From: Bdellovibrionota bacterium
GTDB lineage: Bacteria > Bdellovibrionota_C > UBA2361 > JBGSMV01
Reading direction: 5' to 3'
DNA length: 64,000 nucleotides
NCBI GenBank assembly: GCA_041739995.1
Contig: JBGSMV010000016.1
Location: 3,872-67,871 of the forward strand
The stretch's first letter is position 1; the number at the start of each line of letters is the position of its first letter. The position numbers were made by a program, and so were the translations under genes. A model generated the notes under the pieces. It worked only from the letters and a program-made list of their open reading frames with translations, was not told where the DNA came from and did not search any database. Below are positions 30,296 to 40,591 of the stretch, one piece after another.

Positions 30296-31402
30296 ATGGC
30301 CTCCGTCCTTGCGCACATCGTTACTTACCATTCTTCAGCGCAGGTGATTCTGTGCATTGAATCGCTTCTTGCTCAGGAGGGTTTTGAGTCCGACCATGAG
30401 CTGACGGTTGAACTTACGGATAATGCCTCTGGCGATGGTATTGCACAGAAAGTGACCCAGCGCTTCGCTCAGAGGGTCGGTACTTTTCAAAATTCCGCAA
30501 ACTTTGGTTTTTGCGGAGCGCATAATCAAGCCGCGCATCGTTTCTTGCAGGGCAAACAAGATTATTTGCTTATCCTGAATCCCGACACGCTACTTTCCGC
30601 GGGAGCGTTGAGCGCGCTCGTTTCTGGGGTTGAACGGCACGCGCCGAAGGGGGCCGGAATGGCGACTCCCCTATTGCTGCGATGTGACGAGGATTTAAAG
30701 CCCGTGGAACCTGAACTGGTTGATGCTGCCGGGATGCATATGACTCGAGCGCTACGGCACTTCGATCGTGGATCTGGGGAGATTCGGTCGAAAGGCCAGT
30801 TTAACAGGGCGGGTTTTGTGTTTGGTGGAACAGGAGCATGTTTGTTGCTCAGTCGTGCTTGCGTAAAGGATCTCACTCTCCGTGCCAGTGAACACGATGA
30901 GGCGGTGTGGAAGTTGTATCCTCAGCTGCGAGAGGGCAGAGAATTGCGAGCGCAGCTTTTTGACGAGGCATTTTTCGCCTACCGAGAAGATGCTGACTTG
31001 GCGTGGCGCGCACAGATTGGTGGATGGGGTACCTGTTTTATTCCGGAATCAATTGTCTACCACGAACGGAAGGTAGTGCCTGAACGACGTGCCGCGCTTT
31101 CGAGTGAATTGAATCGCCTGAGCGTGCGAAATAGATTTCTTTTGCAGGCCAGTAATCTGAGCCTCGGTGTGCTGATTCATACATTTTTTATGGGATTGTT
31201 GTGGAGGAACGCCTTGGTGGTCGTAGCGACGCTTGTTTCTGAAAGAACTTCTATTCGGGGCTTGAGAGAGGTACTGCAGCTTCTTCCTCGAGCGCTGGCC
31301 CGTCGCCGTGCTATTCTCAAAAGCGCAAAGCCGAATCAGCTTGCAACTGTTGGACGGTGGTTCTCAGGCACGACGTTTGTTCCTTTTGAGGGTTCGCTTT
31401 AA
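30296..31402 (+). CDS. Family 2 glycosyltransferase (WbbL/rhamnosyltransferase-like)
   Basis: HIVTYHSS...TDNASGDG...NSANFGFCGAHNQA matches the GT2 pattern (vvTYNs, DNxS.DG, NxGFaaGnN). Confidence 0.7.
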   Translation: MASVLAHIVTYHSSAQVILCIESLLAQEGFESDHELTVELTDNASGDGIAQKVTQRFAQRVGTFQNSANFGFCGAHNQAAHRFLQGKQDYLLILNPDTLLSAGALSALVSGVERHAPKGAGMATPLLLRCDEDLKPVEPELVDAAGMHMTRALRHFDRGSGEIRSKGQFNRAGFVFGGTGACLLLSRACVKDLTLRASEHDEAVWKLYPQLREGRELRAQLFDEAFFAYREDADLAWRAQIGGWGTCFIPESIVYHERKVVPERRAALSSELNRLSVRNRFLLQASNLSLGVLIHTFFMGLLWRNALVVVATLVSERTSIRGLREVLQLLPRALARRRAILKSAKPNQLATVGRWFSGTTFVPFEGSL

Positions 31403-32199
31403 TGGAAAATATTGCGGTAGTGACGGGGGCATCGTCCGGGATTGGCGCAGAGTTTGCCCGGCAACTTCATCAAGATGGCCTCAATGTCATACTGGTCGCT
31501 CGTCGCCGAGAGAACTTGCAAGCCTTGGAGGCTTCGCTTAATGCGAAGCGAGCTGAGAGCGCTTCATTTCTTGAGGTTGATTTATGTGCTCCCGGTACCC
31601 CTGAGTTTAAGAAACTAGAAGTGCTATTGCAGGAAAGTCCGGTAGAGGTGTTCGTGAGCAATGCTGGCTTTGGATCCTTTGGTGAGTTTGATGAGCTCCC
31701 GCTCGCCAAGGAGCTAGACATGATTACTTTGAATGTTGCTTCAAGCACGAGGCTACTTCACGCTGCGGTCGGTGGTATGAAGCAGCGTCGACGCGGACAG
31801 ATTGCGATCGTGAGTTCGATTGCGGGAACTCAACCACTTCCCTATATGGCGACCTACTCAGCCACTAAGGCCTTTAATCTTACGCAAGCAGTAGCGCTGC
31901 ATAGCGAACTTAAATCCTATGGGATTTCAGTGTTGGCGGTGTGTCCTGGTCCTGTTGCGACTGAATTCGGTGGAATTGCAAGAATGCCTGGTACTGTGGC
32001 GGGAGGACGACGAGATTCTGTTGAGGCGGTGGTTGCTGAGGCGCTGAGGGCTTTGCGTCGTGGCGCGGTCACGGTGGTGCCTTGTATGCGCGCTAAACTT
32101 CTTTGGTTTGCGTCGAGCCTTCTTCCCAGGGCAGTATCGGCGAGTGTAATTGCTCGTATGTTTCGACCGGTGCTTGCTGAATCCAAGCGCATTAAGTGA
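31402..32199 (+). CDS. Short-chain dehydrogenase/reductase (SDR)
   Basis: TGASSGIG Rossmann motif, NAG, YxxxK region (YSATKAF). Start overlaps the GT2 stop (TAATG). Confidence 0.8.
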   Translation: MENIAVVTGASSGIGAEFARQLHQDGLNVILVARRRENLQALEASLNAKRAESASFLEVDLCAPGTPEFKKLEVLLQESPVEVFVSNAGFGSFGEFDELPLAKELDMITLNVASSTRLLHAAVGGMKQRRRGQIAIVSSIAGTQPLPYMATYSATKAFNLTQAVALHSELKSYGISVLAVCPGPVATEFGGIARMPGTVAGGRRDSVEAVVAEALRALRRGAVTVVPCMRAKLLWFASSLLPRAVSASVIARMFRPVLAESKRIK

Positions 32200-32219
32200 A
32201 CTGATTTCAGGAGGTCCCA

Positions 32220-32915
32220 GTGAAAGAGAAGGTAGCTGAAGAACTTGCGCGTAGGGTCAAGTCAGGCGAGGTGCTGGGCGTAGGGACTGGTTCTACCGTG
32301 GCGCTTGCAATCGAGCGCATTGGGGCACGGGTACGGTCTGAGAAGATGGAAGTAAGTGCGGTGCCCACTTCGGTGCAGACCGCCTGGTTATGCGAATCAC
32401 ACGGCATTAAAGTGTTGTTCCCTGGTTTTCGCGGCTCCATAGCATGGGGCTTTGATGGCGCGGATGCAATCGATCCTTCGTTCCTCATGATAAAGGGCAA
32501 GGGCGGGGCGCTTTTGCAGGAAAAAATTCTTGCAGCCCGGTGCCGTGAGTTCGTCATTATTGTTGATGACTCCAAGTGCGTGCCGTCGTTGGCAGGAATT
32601 CCCCTTCCGATTGAGGTTATTCCGGAAGCCATAGGGCTTGTCGAAGAACATTTACGTAGCCGCAGTGGTGCATCTGACATTCAGGTACGTCAGTGCCAAG
32701 GGGGTAAGCATGGCCCCGTTATCACAGAGGCCGGGAATCTCATTGTTGATGCAACCTTTCCAAAAGTCGGCAAAGATCTTGAAGATCAGCTCAAGAGTAT
32801 TGTCGGCGTAGTGGAAACAGGGCTTTTTACTAAATACGGCTCCGAAGTTCTTATCGGAAGTGCTACGGGAGTAGAGAGCAAGCTCCGAGCTTCCATGGTG
32901 AATTCGAAGCAATGA
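32220..32915 (+). CDS. rpiA: Ribose-5-phosphate isomerase A
   Basis: GVGTGSTV, GFDGADAID and KGKGGALLQEKI motifs. Confidence 0.8.
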   Translation: MKEKVAEELARRVKSGEVLGVGTGSTVALAIERIGARVRSEKMEVSAVPTSVQTAWLCESHGIKVLFPGFRGSIAWGFDGADAIDPSFLMIKGKGGALLQEKILAARCREFVIIVDDSKCVPSLAGIPLPIEVIPEAIGLVEEHLRSRSGASDIQVRQCQGGKHGPVITEAGNLIVDATFPKVGKDLEDQLKSIVGVVETGLFTKYGSEVLIGSATGVESKLRASMVNSKQ

Positions 32916-32969
32916 TTTCCTTGGAGTCTGTGCCGCAGGCACAGACGACGAAATTCCTGAGGATGAATA

Positions 32970-33815
32970 TTAGCGGAAGCGCGCCAGCACCTTATCAATT
33001 AGAGACGGGCGTTTCCACACGGGAGTAAGTTTTTCAAATATTGAGAATTGCAGGGAGTCTTTCATGGGAGAGGCAATCACTCGCACCGGAGTATCCCCAA
33101 TCCGTAATTTATCAAGCTCTGCTTGCAGCTCGGACTGGTAGTCAAGCGCGCCAGCATCGCTGCAAAGAAGGCCTATCAGTGTGCAGGTGAATTCCTCGCC
33201 TTCGGCAGAGAGAGAGACTTCGTTTGCAAGGTAGAGCTCCCTAACTGAGTGGGTATTCGTAGCGTAGCGTTTTGCGCAAAGTAACACCGGATCGTTCGCA
33301 TCGAGCAACAGCTCGCCTACGCTAATGTTTACCGCAGGCTCCGCGTGTGACAGGTCGTGTACAATCTCATCGATAGCTTCAGCGCCTGAGCGAAGTTTTG
33401 TGATTTCCCAAGCAGAAAATTCCTTGGAAGCGTCACTTCCAGGATTCAATACTACCCACCAATCATCAGGCGTTCGTTTGAGCAGTTCGAGTCCGATTAC
33501 CTGCGAGACCTGCAAGGTGTGGCTTGTCCAAAGCTTTAAAGCCTCAGGGCTTGAAAAACAGGGGATAAGGGTGCGCTCTTCGTCGCAAATTCCCATCAGA
33601 GAAAACAAATCTGATGGATAGGACGGCTGAGGATCTGCGGGCTTTGGTTGATACCTATCGGGAACCCATACCTGAGCGGCAAGAAACGACTTCAAAAAAA
33701 CACGGATGGCGTCTTTGTCGCCCTCCGTCGCTCGCTCGAGAAGTTCCTCTAGAGCGAGAGATGGAAGTGGGCCGTGAGTATCCTCACTTGAGGACATACC
33801 CTCAAACTCCTGCAA
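32970..33815 (-). CDS. SseB-family protein (DUF, enhanced serine sensitivity protein B-like)
   Basis: 281 aa. Family-like N-terminal FLAAQVWVP and C-terminal domain arrangement. Confidence 0.45.
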   Translation of the reverse strand: MQEFEGMSSSEDTHGPLPSLALEELLERATEGDKDAIRVFLKSFLAAQVWVPDRYQPKPADPQPSYPSDLFSLMGICDEERTLIPCFSSPEALKLWTSHTLQVSQVIGLELLKRTPDDWWVVLNPGSDASKEFSAWEITKLRSGAEAIDEIVHDLSHAEPAVNISVGELLLDANDPVLLCAKRYATNTHSVRELYLANEVSLSAEGEEFTCTLIGLLCSDAGALDYQSELQAELDKLRIGDTPVRVIASPMKDSLQFSIFEKLTPVWKRPSLIDKVLARFR

Positions 33816-33863
33816 TTCGACTAAGCGCTATCTCTGATGTTAGCGAATGTGCCGTGTCTCGCA

Positions 33864-34427
33864 TTACGATTTATTCATCTCTGAGACTATTTCGTCGGTG
33901 ATATCGAATGACGGCTGACCAAAGAGCACCGGCCCACGAGTGCCCTCGCCTTTATCGAGTACCAGATCGATTTTGTTACGCTTGGCGTAGGACGCAACTA
34001 CCGTTACTGCTTTGTCAGCAAGCTGCCGGTTGATCTTCAGAAACTCCTTTTTCAAATCCTCGTCAGTGTCCTTTACGTCGCGCTCAAAATCTCGGGCGTC
34101 TGCGCGAAAGCGTTCGACTTCCTTCTGATCGGCGCTTGACTCTGCCTTGTCTAAAGACTCCTTTCGCGTACGTAGTGACTTACCGCGCTCTTCCAATTTC
34201 TTTCGAGCTTCTGTGGCGCGCTCGTCTAGCTTCTTGCGCTGAGATTTTGCCGAAGAAGACTCGTTGAGAACCTTGTTGACGTCGACAGTGGCGAGTCGAA
34301 AATCCGCTTGAGCGCTTAGAGGAATCGTACAGAGTAGAAGAGCCAGTGTTGAAAGCACCGCCTTCGCGAAAGTCTTAAGGTAGATAGTGCGGACTTGGAT
34401 CATTCGAGAACAAACTGCGTATCTCAT
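33864..34427 (-). CDS. skp: Periplasmic chaperone Skp (OmpH)
   Basis: Signal peptide, LATVDVNKVLNESSSAKSQRKKLDE coiled-coil region, and a C-terminal IDLVLDK...FDITDEIVSEMN. Confidence 0.7.
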   Translation of the reverse strand: MRYAVCSRMIQVRTIYLKTFAKAVLSTLALLLCTIPLSAQADFRLATVDVNKVLNESSSAKSQRKKLDERATEARKKLEERGKSLRTRKESLDKAESSADQKEVERFRADARDFERDVKDTDEDLKKEFLKINRQLADKAVTVVASYAKRNKIDLVLDKGEGTRGPVLFGQPSFDITDEIVSEMNKS

Positions 34428-34548
34428 AAGCTACAAAGTTCAAGAAAAAATTTGGCTAACAAATGGGGACATCCTGGAAGCTGTCTATGCAGTACTTACG
34501 CAGAAGCCCACAAACAAGGCACAACCGTACACCGCAGGCCAGAATAGC

Positions 34549-35757
34549 TCAACGGCGGGGCAGTTCTTTGGGGCTGTCGCACCTCTTCGGCGGTAGGTGG
34601 AGGCACCAAAAGGCCAGGACAGCCGTTACAAACAAGGAAATCCACTGGTTGAAACCGTTTAGGAGCTCGAGTGATTTAAATCCGAGGCTTGGAATGGAAA
34701 TATGAGGTCCTGCAATGGGGATGCAGAGCAGCAGGGTTGCCAGGTAGGAGCGACCTCGAGTCTGAGCGAAGAGGAAAATGCATGGGAGAATGGCAAAGGT
34801 GAATGAGTAGGGTTTGAGGCGCGGAAGCAAAAGAGTGACCACTATCGCGAGAAAAGCGAACTGGACGGTGCTTTCTCGGCCCCTCAGTCGGTAAATCCCA
34901 AAGGCTCCTAGTAGTGTCATTGAAATGAGCAGAAAAACTGCGCTGCTCTCGGGAGCGCCGAGGAGCTTCGAAGCTTCAAGAAGAAAGAGAAAGAGAGAGG
35001 GGTGGGTTCTGCCACTTTTCATTTCGTGAATGGGACTATGCTGTCCCGGAATCTCGCCAAAGAGACTTAGTTGGTAAGTTTGGTAGAGCGAAGGGAAAGT
35101 GAGCAGACTGACCACTTGGAGCGCCATGGCAGGAAGTAATGATAGCGCAATGAGAGCAAGGGTCTCGCGGTGACTTTTGTGAGCGCGAGGCTCGCACAAC
35201 CAGCAAAAACCAAACCAGCACAGGGGATAGGCGAGCGGCACGAGCTTAATTGCCCCCGCCATTCCAAGGCTCAAGGCCATCCATCTCATTTTTTTTGCTG
35301 CGAGACTCCAGAAGGCGAGAGTAAAGAAAAACAAATGCAGTAGTCCTATGTTTCCGGAGAGAAAATTCCATCGCGCGGCGTCAAATCCAAATAGGAGGAG
35401 CACAAGACAAGCCGGCAAAGAAAGGGAAAGCCAGCGCGTTGCTATATAGAAGGCCGCGAGCAAGCAACTCAGATAGAGGAGGAGGAAGGTCCAGGGAGAT
35501 TGGGCGCATAGCAGAGAAAAAACCTTCAGGGTCGCGGGAGGGTAAGTGAATGCGTGATAGACGTGGGTGTCGGACGAAAGATACGGATTGCCGCCGGTCT
35601 CCCACGCGTATGAAGCTGCGCAATAGACGCTGATGTCATTCGCAACATTTAGATTTGAGAGTGTGTCTATCCATGGGGAGAGGCAAAGGAATATCGACAC
35701 GAGTACCGCGATACGCTCAAACCAAATGGAGACGACGAGAGATTTCAGATACGTCAT
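34549..35757 (-). CDS. DUF2029 / GT87-like polyprenol-phosphate-sugar-dependent membrane glycosyltransferase (PimE-like)
   Basis: 402 aa polytopic. DISVYCAASYAWETGGNPY...FTYPP matches the DUF2029 signature (D..vY...G.NPY...F.YPP). Confidence 0.55.
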   Translation of the reverse strand: MTYLKSLVVSIWFERIAVLVSIFLCLSPWIDTLSNLNVANDISVYCAASYAWETGGNPYLSSDTHVYHAFTYPPATLKVFSLLCAQSPWTFLLLYLSCLLAAFYIATRWLSLSLPACLVLLLFGFDAARWNFLSGNIGLLHLFFFTLAFWSLAAKKMRWMALSLGMAGAIKLVPLAYPLCWFGFCWLCEPRAHKSHRETLALIALSLLPAMALQVVSLLTFPSLYQTYQLSLFGEIPGQHSPIHEMKSGRTHPSLFLFLLEASKLLGAPESSAVFLLISMTLLGAFGIYRLRGRESTVQFAFLAIVVTLLLPRLKPYSFTFAILPCIFLFAQTRGRSYLATLLLCIPIAGPHISIPSLGFKSLELLNGFNQWISLFVTAVLAFWCLHLPPKRCDSPKELPRR

Positions 35758-35981
35758 GTGGCTTCGACGTTTCGCTTAGAATGTATCAACCAAAGCAGAG
35801 CGATGCTCACGCGACCGCACAGCCCAGTGTCGAGGGGATGTTTATACGGCTTTGCGGCTAAAAACCATCCAAAAGTCCTTCACAGGGCTCAAGCGTCAAA
35901 TGGGCGCGAGTGTGGCAAACTGAGCGCCGTTTCTAGAGTATTTTGTGGGAGTAACAGGTGAAAGAGTGCCTTGAGGTCGAC

Positions 35982-37691
35982 CTAGATTTCGATTGGAATG
36001 CCACCTGGAATTTCAGGTAGGCGCTGATTGAGGGCCTGAACAACTGTGCGAAAGATTCGACGCGCTTCGAAAGTAATCGCCCCATCGGTTCCGCAATCTG
36101 CGTAGAGAGCGACCGGTGTATCATGCGCAGCATCGATTGGCGCGACCGCGAAGGCCTTACTTCCCCAGGGCGATTCCTTGGACTGCTTGCTACCCCACGA
36201 TTTAACTTTGGAGAAGCAACTCGCGAGTGGCGACAGCGGATCGTCAATAATTATGGTTTGCCCGTTACCGATATTTGGGCCACGTGCGGCGACTACCTTG
36301 GCCTTTTTTCGATCTTTAGAAACAACAATTAGGGCAGACTTTTCGAATTTTCCCGATTTCACGAGCATGTCGAGTAATTGGGTAAGAAGCTCTTCGCCGG
36401 ATTTTGCGCCGTCCAGCAGGCCAGACATGGACTGCATTATTTCCTTGCCGGCGTCAGTGAGTAGTTCTGGAGCGGCCTCCTTGGGGCGATCGGGCGCTTC
36501 TCGTGCAGGGCGCGCTTTGGCGGAGGGCGTCTTTGAGATTGCAAAGTCATCGCCCGTATTTTCGCTTTCTTTACCCACGCTGGCTAGCGTGCTGATAGCG
36601 CGAGGCTTGGCGGCGAGAGCGGGCGCTTCCACAGCATCTTCAATGACCTCTTCCTCGGCAGGTGAGCCGCGAAGTAGATTCTGAATATCATCCTGAAGAG
36701 AGTCAGCTACTTCCTCAGTCTCGGGAGCAGAAATCTCAACCCCCACTTCCTCGTGGCTCACAGTGGCCGCTACATTGAGGGAGGCTCCGTGTTTCTTTCG
36801 CTCTTCCAGCAGTCTCGCAGCAAATAAATATTCGGAGCAACGTTCGTAAATTTTTAAGTACTGATTGTCTGGAATTTGGAGCATGCGTAGAGAGCTCTTT
36901 GAGGAAAGCGTCTTTCCTGGGGCGAACTTTTCCCATCGGTTTGAATCAAATGCTTCGACCAGCTCTTGCGAAGCCCAAGAAAGAGGTTTGATAAGAACTC
37001 GTTCTTGAGATCGGGCCCGACCGTCGCGCTCGATAGCGAACAAAAGCGCTTCAGGAATTCCGTACTTCCTTAGATAGCTAACCCCCATTCTCTCAACATC
37101 GAAGCGGTAATCTTGGGCCAGGCGGTAGTTTAAGCCACTCTTGGAGAGCTGTTCCGCAAGCTCGACATACTTTGTGCCAAAATGAGCCACTGCCAGCATG
37201 TCGCCGATTGAGAGCAGCAATCCTGCGGCCTGGCAATCGTCAGTAAGTGTTCGTGCCAAAGCTTCACTCAAAATTCTAGCGACAATCGCGGTGCGTCGGC
37301 AGCGACTGCGATGATGCTCAAACCAGAAGGAAACCTCTTCCTCTTCCAGCGCGGGACGTTCCGACATTTTCTCGAGGGTCTCTATCACCACATCCGATCC
37401 AAGTCGGACGATAGCGGTTTTTACCGAGGTGATATTCGACTTACCACCTGCAAAGAACATCGCGTTGGAGGTGCGCAGCAGATCGAGCACAATAACTGGA
37501 TCTTGAATACAGCAGGTGGCGAGGTCTTCCACTCGAATCGATTTATCCGCTGCAAGCTTGCGAGCTTCGTTCCAGACGCCTTGGTCGGGGGGGAGCATGA
37601 GCGCAAGAGCCCCACCGGTACCCTTTGGGGCATTATCCGCAGAGCCATCCCCTGTGGGGCTTGCTTGAGTGTCATTTGCGTCAGTAGACAT
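35982..37691 (-). CDS. HDOD-domain signalling protein with acidic linker and C-terminal GAF-like region
   Basis: DLATCCIQDPVIVLDLLRTSNAMFFAGGKSNITSVKTAIVRLG is the HDOD core. Confidence 0.55.
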   Translation of the reverse strand: MSTDANDTQASPTGDGSADNAPKGTGGALALMLPPDQGVWNEARKLAADKSIRVEDLATCCIQDPVIVLDLLRTSNAMFFAGGKSNITSVKTAIVRLGSDVVIETLEKMSERPALEEEEVSFWFEHHRSRCRRTAIVARILSEALARTLTDDCQAAGLLLSIGDMLAVAHFGTKYVELAEQLSKSGLNYRLAQDYRFDVERMGVSYLRKYGIPEALLFAIERDGRARSQERVLIKPLSWASQELVEAFDSNRWEKFAPGKTLSSKSSLRMLQIPDNQYLKIYERCSEYLFAARLLEERKKHGASLNVAATVSHEEVGVEISAPETEEVADSLQDDIQNLLRGSPAEEEVIEDAVEAPALAAKPRAISTLASVGKESENTGDDFAISKTPSAKARPAREAPDRPKEAAPELLTDAGKEIMQSMSGLLDGAKSGEELLTQLLDMLVKSGKFEKSALIVVSKDRKKAKVVAARGPNIGNGQTIIIDDPLSPLASCFSKVKSWGSKQSKESPWGSKAFAVAPIDAAHDTPVALYADCGTDGAITFEARRIFRTVVQALNQRLPEIPGGIPIEI

Positions 37692-37862
37692 AGAGCTAGA
37701 TTCTGAACTATTGAGCTTAAAACCGAGAGTGAGGCTTTTTTCGTACCAATGTCTTACAATCTGAGTTCGACACGTGGCGACAAAAACTTAACGCATTACG
37801 CTGCCACAAGTGTTTGATATTGTTTTAAAAGCTGGAAGTGCCTGAGAAGCTTTCGTATTTTT

Positions 37863-39266
37863 TTGGAGAGAGGGATGGGAACAAGAATTGAACGAGATTC
37901 GATGGGGGAGATGGAGGTGCCTGAGCAGGCGCTTTTTGGTGCGTCGACCCAGAGAGCGGTACTAAATTTTCCTATCAGCGGGGCCGGTCTCCCGGCAGCT
38001 TTTGTCTCGGCACTTGGGCTCATAAAACTCGCTTCTGCACGTTCAAATACAAAACTAGCCATGCTGCCGAAGGACAGAGCAGACGCAATTGAGCGCGCTG
38101 CCGCCGAGGTCGTCAGCGGAGAGCTTTTGTCTCACTTTGTGGTCGATGTCTTTCAGACCGGTAGTGGCACGTCGACTAATATGAATGCCAACGAGGTGAT
38201 TGCGAATAGAGCAAGTGAGTTACTTGGGAAGCCTCGGGGCGACCGAGAGGCAGTTCACCCCAATGACCACGTCAACATGTGCCAGTCCTCAAATGATGTG
38301 ATCCCTTCGGCGATTCACGTGGCTGCACAACTTCGACTCGAGAAGCATTTGCTGCCGGCGCTTGAAGCGCTGAAGAAAAGCTTTGACGGATGTGCACAGC
38401 GTTTTGCTTCCGTCATAAAAGCAGGGCGCACACATCTGCAAGATGCGACTCCGATGAGCCTGGGCCAAGAATTCAGCGGATATGCGGCTCAGATAGCTCA
38501 TGGGATAGCTAGAATTCGCTCCACTCAAGGCCGTTTGTGTGAGTTAGCACTCGGGGGAACCGCTGTCGGCACGGGGCTAAATACGCATCCCGAGTTTCCT
38601 TCTAAAACGATCGCAGAACTAAATAAGATTACTGGCATGAAGTTTTCTGAGGCGGCCAATCATTTTGAAGCGCAAGGCGCTCAGGACGCCGCGGTTGAGT
38701 TGAGTGGACAGCTTCGGACTGTAGCTGTGTCAATGATGAAGATCGCGAACGACCTCCGTTGGCTTGCCTCTGGTCCGCGTTGCAACATTTTTGAGATTGA
38801 GTTGCCAGAGATTCAGCCGGGTTCCAGCATTATGCCGGCAAAGGTCAATCCTGTTGTCTGTGAGTCAACAATGATGGTGTGCGCCCAAGTAATGGGAAAT
38901 GACACCTGCGTGATGGTGTCAGGACAGCATGGCAATTTTGAGCTTAACACCATGCTTCCAGTAATTGCTCGAAACGTGTTGGAGTCGATAGAACTTCTGG
39001 GAGCTGCCGCAAAAAATCTTAGTGAGAGATGCGTCTCGGGAATTTCGGCAAATGAAGCGCGCTGCCTTGAGTTCGCCGAAAAAAGTCTTGCGACCTGTAC
39101 CTCGCTTGCGCCGAAGATTGGGTATGATCGAGCGGCTAAGGTGGCTAAGCAGGCCTATCTTGAAGATAAGACCGTGAGGCAGGTTGCCAAGGAGATGGGC
39201 GTGCTGTCCGAAGAAGAGTTGTCCCGGGTACTTAATTTGGTCGCTATGACCAAGCCGGGACTCTAG
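37863..39266 (+). CDS. fumC: Class II fumarate hydratase (fumarase/aspartase family)
   Basis: GSSIMPAKVNPVVCE signature, QTGSGTSTNMNANEV and the N-terminal DSMGEMEVP. QTGSGT favours FumC over AspA. Confidence 0.8.
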   Translation: MERGMGTRIERDSMGEMEVPEQALFGASTQRAVLNFPISGAGLPAAFVSALGLIKLASARSNTKLAMLPKDRADAIERAAAEVVSGELLSHFVVDVFQTGSGTSTNMNANEVIANRASELLGKPRGDREAVHPNDHVNMCQSSNDVIPSAIHVAAQLRLEKHLLPALEALKKSFDGCAQRFASVIKAGRTHLQDATPMSLGQEFSGYAAQIAHGIARIRSTQGRLCELALGGTAVGTGLNTHPEFPSKTIAELNKITGMKFSEAANHFEAQGAQDAAVELSGQLRTVAVSMMKIANDLRWLASGPRCNIFEIELPEIQPGSSIMPAKVNPVVCESTMMVCAQVMGNDTCVMVSGQHGNFELNTMLPVIARNVLESIELLGAAAKNLSERCVSGISANEARCLEFAEKSLATCTSLAPKIGYDRAAKVAKQAYLEDKTVRQVAKEMGVLSEEELSRVLNLVAMTKPGL

Positions 39267-39675
39267 GTCTGAGGGAGTGCCTTGGGGCTCTGCGGCCGGG
39301 CAGAGATGAGCTGAGGATCTTGGCTTGTTTCAAGAAGTTACTCGAAGCCTCTATACTTTTGAGAAGGCGTTCTCCCTTAGTGCGCCGGGTTCGCCCGCTA
39401 GAATGCGCGTACTGAAGGCGCCGCCTGGAACCAAGTTCTGGGCTATAATCTGATCATGGGTAAATTAATCGCGCGCTGTACTGAGGTTTGCAGTGAGATT
39501 TTCCGGGTAGCTAGGCGCTATTTGAGGCAGCGGTCTCGAGCTCTGCGCATAGGGGCGCAAGACATGCTATCTTCCATCAGTATTGATCACGGCAGCGGTT
39601 TGACGCCTATTCCCGTCAGGGTTCGCAGCTCGCAAGCGTACCGTAGGCGACGGTAGAAGAACTTGGTAGCGACAC

Positions 39676-40431
39676 ATGGCTTTTCCTCGACCCGATAACT
39701 CATCACGCGCGGTGTCCACTTCTGGACGGGAGTCGTCGCCTTCAAAGACCACCATTGTCGAACGAGACTTGGAATCCCTCTCCCCGCACCCCTTCGGCGG
39801 CTGTGAGCGCTTGCGTGGCCATTATCGGACAATCGGTTCGGCCTTACTTCGCCTCGAACGTGAGGGCTCAGTTTTGTTTTCTTCCGGTTTGTTTTCTTCC
39901 GGTTTGTTTTCTTCTGGAATGCTTCCTCGTGGCGACTTGCGAATCGAGCGTGAGTTTCGCGAAGCGGTGACTTTCGTGCCTGCCGAAGTCCTTTCTTCTT
40001 TCTTTGACGATTTGCTCGATGCAGAAATTCCAGATGAGCGACTTTCGATCTCCCATCGCTCGTGGGCTCAACGTTTGATGACGTCTCTTCTTTCTATTTT
40101 TGGTCTTCTTTTGGCGGTCCTTTCAGGGCTGTACTTGAGCGCAATAGGAACTGCGCTTCCTGCTTCTTTTTTACTCATGGTGGTTCTAGGGACGCCATTT
40201 GCCACCATGTTGTACCTCTCAGCAGGCGGTGCCGCTCGGCGACTTCGTTTCGCTCAGGTAGTTTCTCGTGAGATTTCTAGAAGAAGAGGCGATGGCAATC
40301 AGACCAATGGAGCGAAGCCTTCAACTGCCTTTCAAGGAGCAGCTCTCCGACTTAAGGATCTTCTCTCGCCGCAACCATCTCAACCGGCGGCTCGCATTGT
40401 TATCGTTTCACCCCCAAGCCTCATTCATTAG
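39676..40431 (+). CDS. Hypothetical membrane protein containing a tandem FSSGL pentapeptide repeat
   Basis: Two TM helices. The repeat is encoded by the 15-bp tandem at 39876-39915. Confidence 0.4.
   Translation: MAFPRPDNSSRAVSTSGRESSPSKTTIVERDLESLSPHPFGGCERLRGHYRTIGSALLRLEREGSVLFSSGLFSSGLFSSGMLPRGDLRIEREFREAVTFVPAEVLSSFFDDLLDAEIPDERLSISHRSWAQRLMTSLLSIFGLLLAVLSGLYLSAIGTALPASFLLMVVLGTPFATMLYLSAGGAARRLRFAQVVSREISRRRGDGNQTNGAKPSTAFQGAALRLKDLLSPQPSQPAARIVIVSPPSLIH
39876..39915 (+). repeat. 15-bp tandem repeat gttttcttccggttt, about 2.6 copies, in-frame within a CDS
   Basis: Seen directly. Confidence 0.7.
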
Positions 40432-40591
40432 TGCGCCTATCGGGGAGACTTCTGCTGAAACTTGTATGCGGGTGAGTAGGGGCGCGCCGAGCATTCTCAA
40501 AAAAAAGCCCACTGTTATCTAGGGATAGAGATAACAGTGGGCGTGCAACGTTTATCTTGTGTAGGGATAGAAACTTTTATCTCTCTTTCAT

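Noticed and set aside
39876-39915. CRISPR-like array
   Set aside because: The repeats are 15-bp head-to-tail units inside a CDS with no spacers. The same applies to the 7-bp array at 41977 and the 15-bp doublet at 43874. No cas genes are present.
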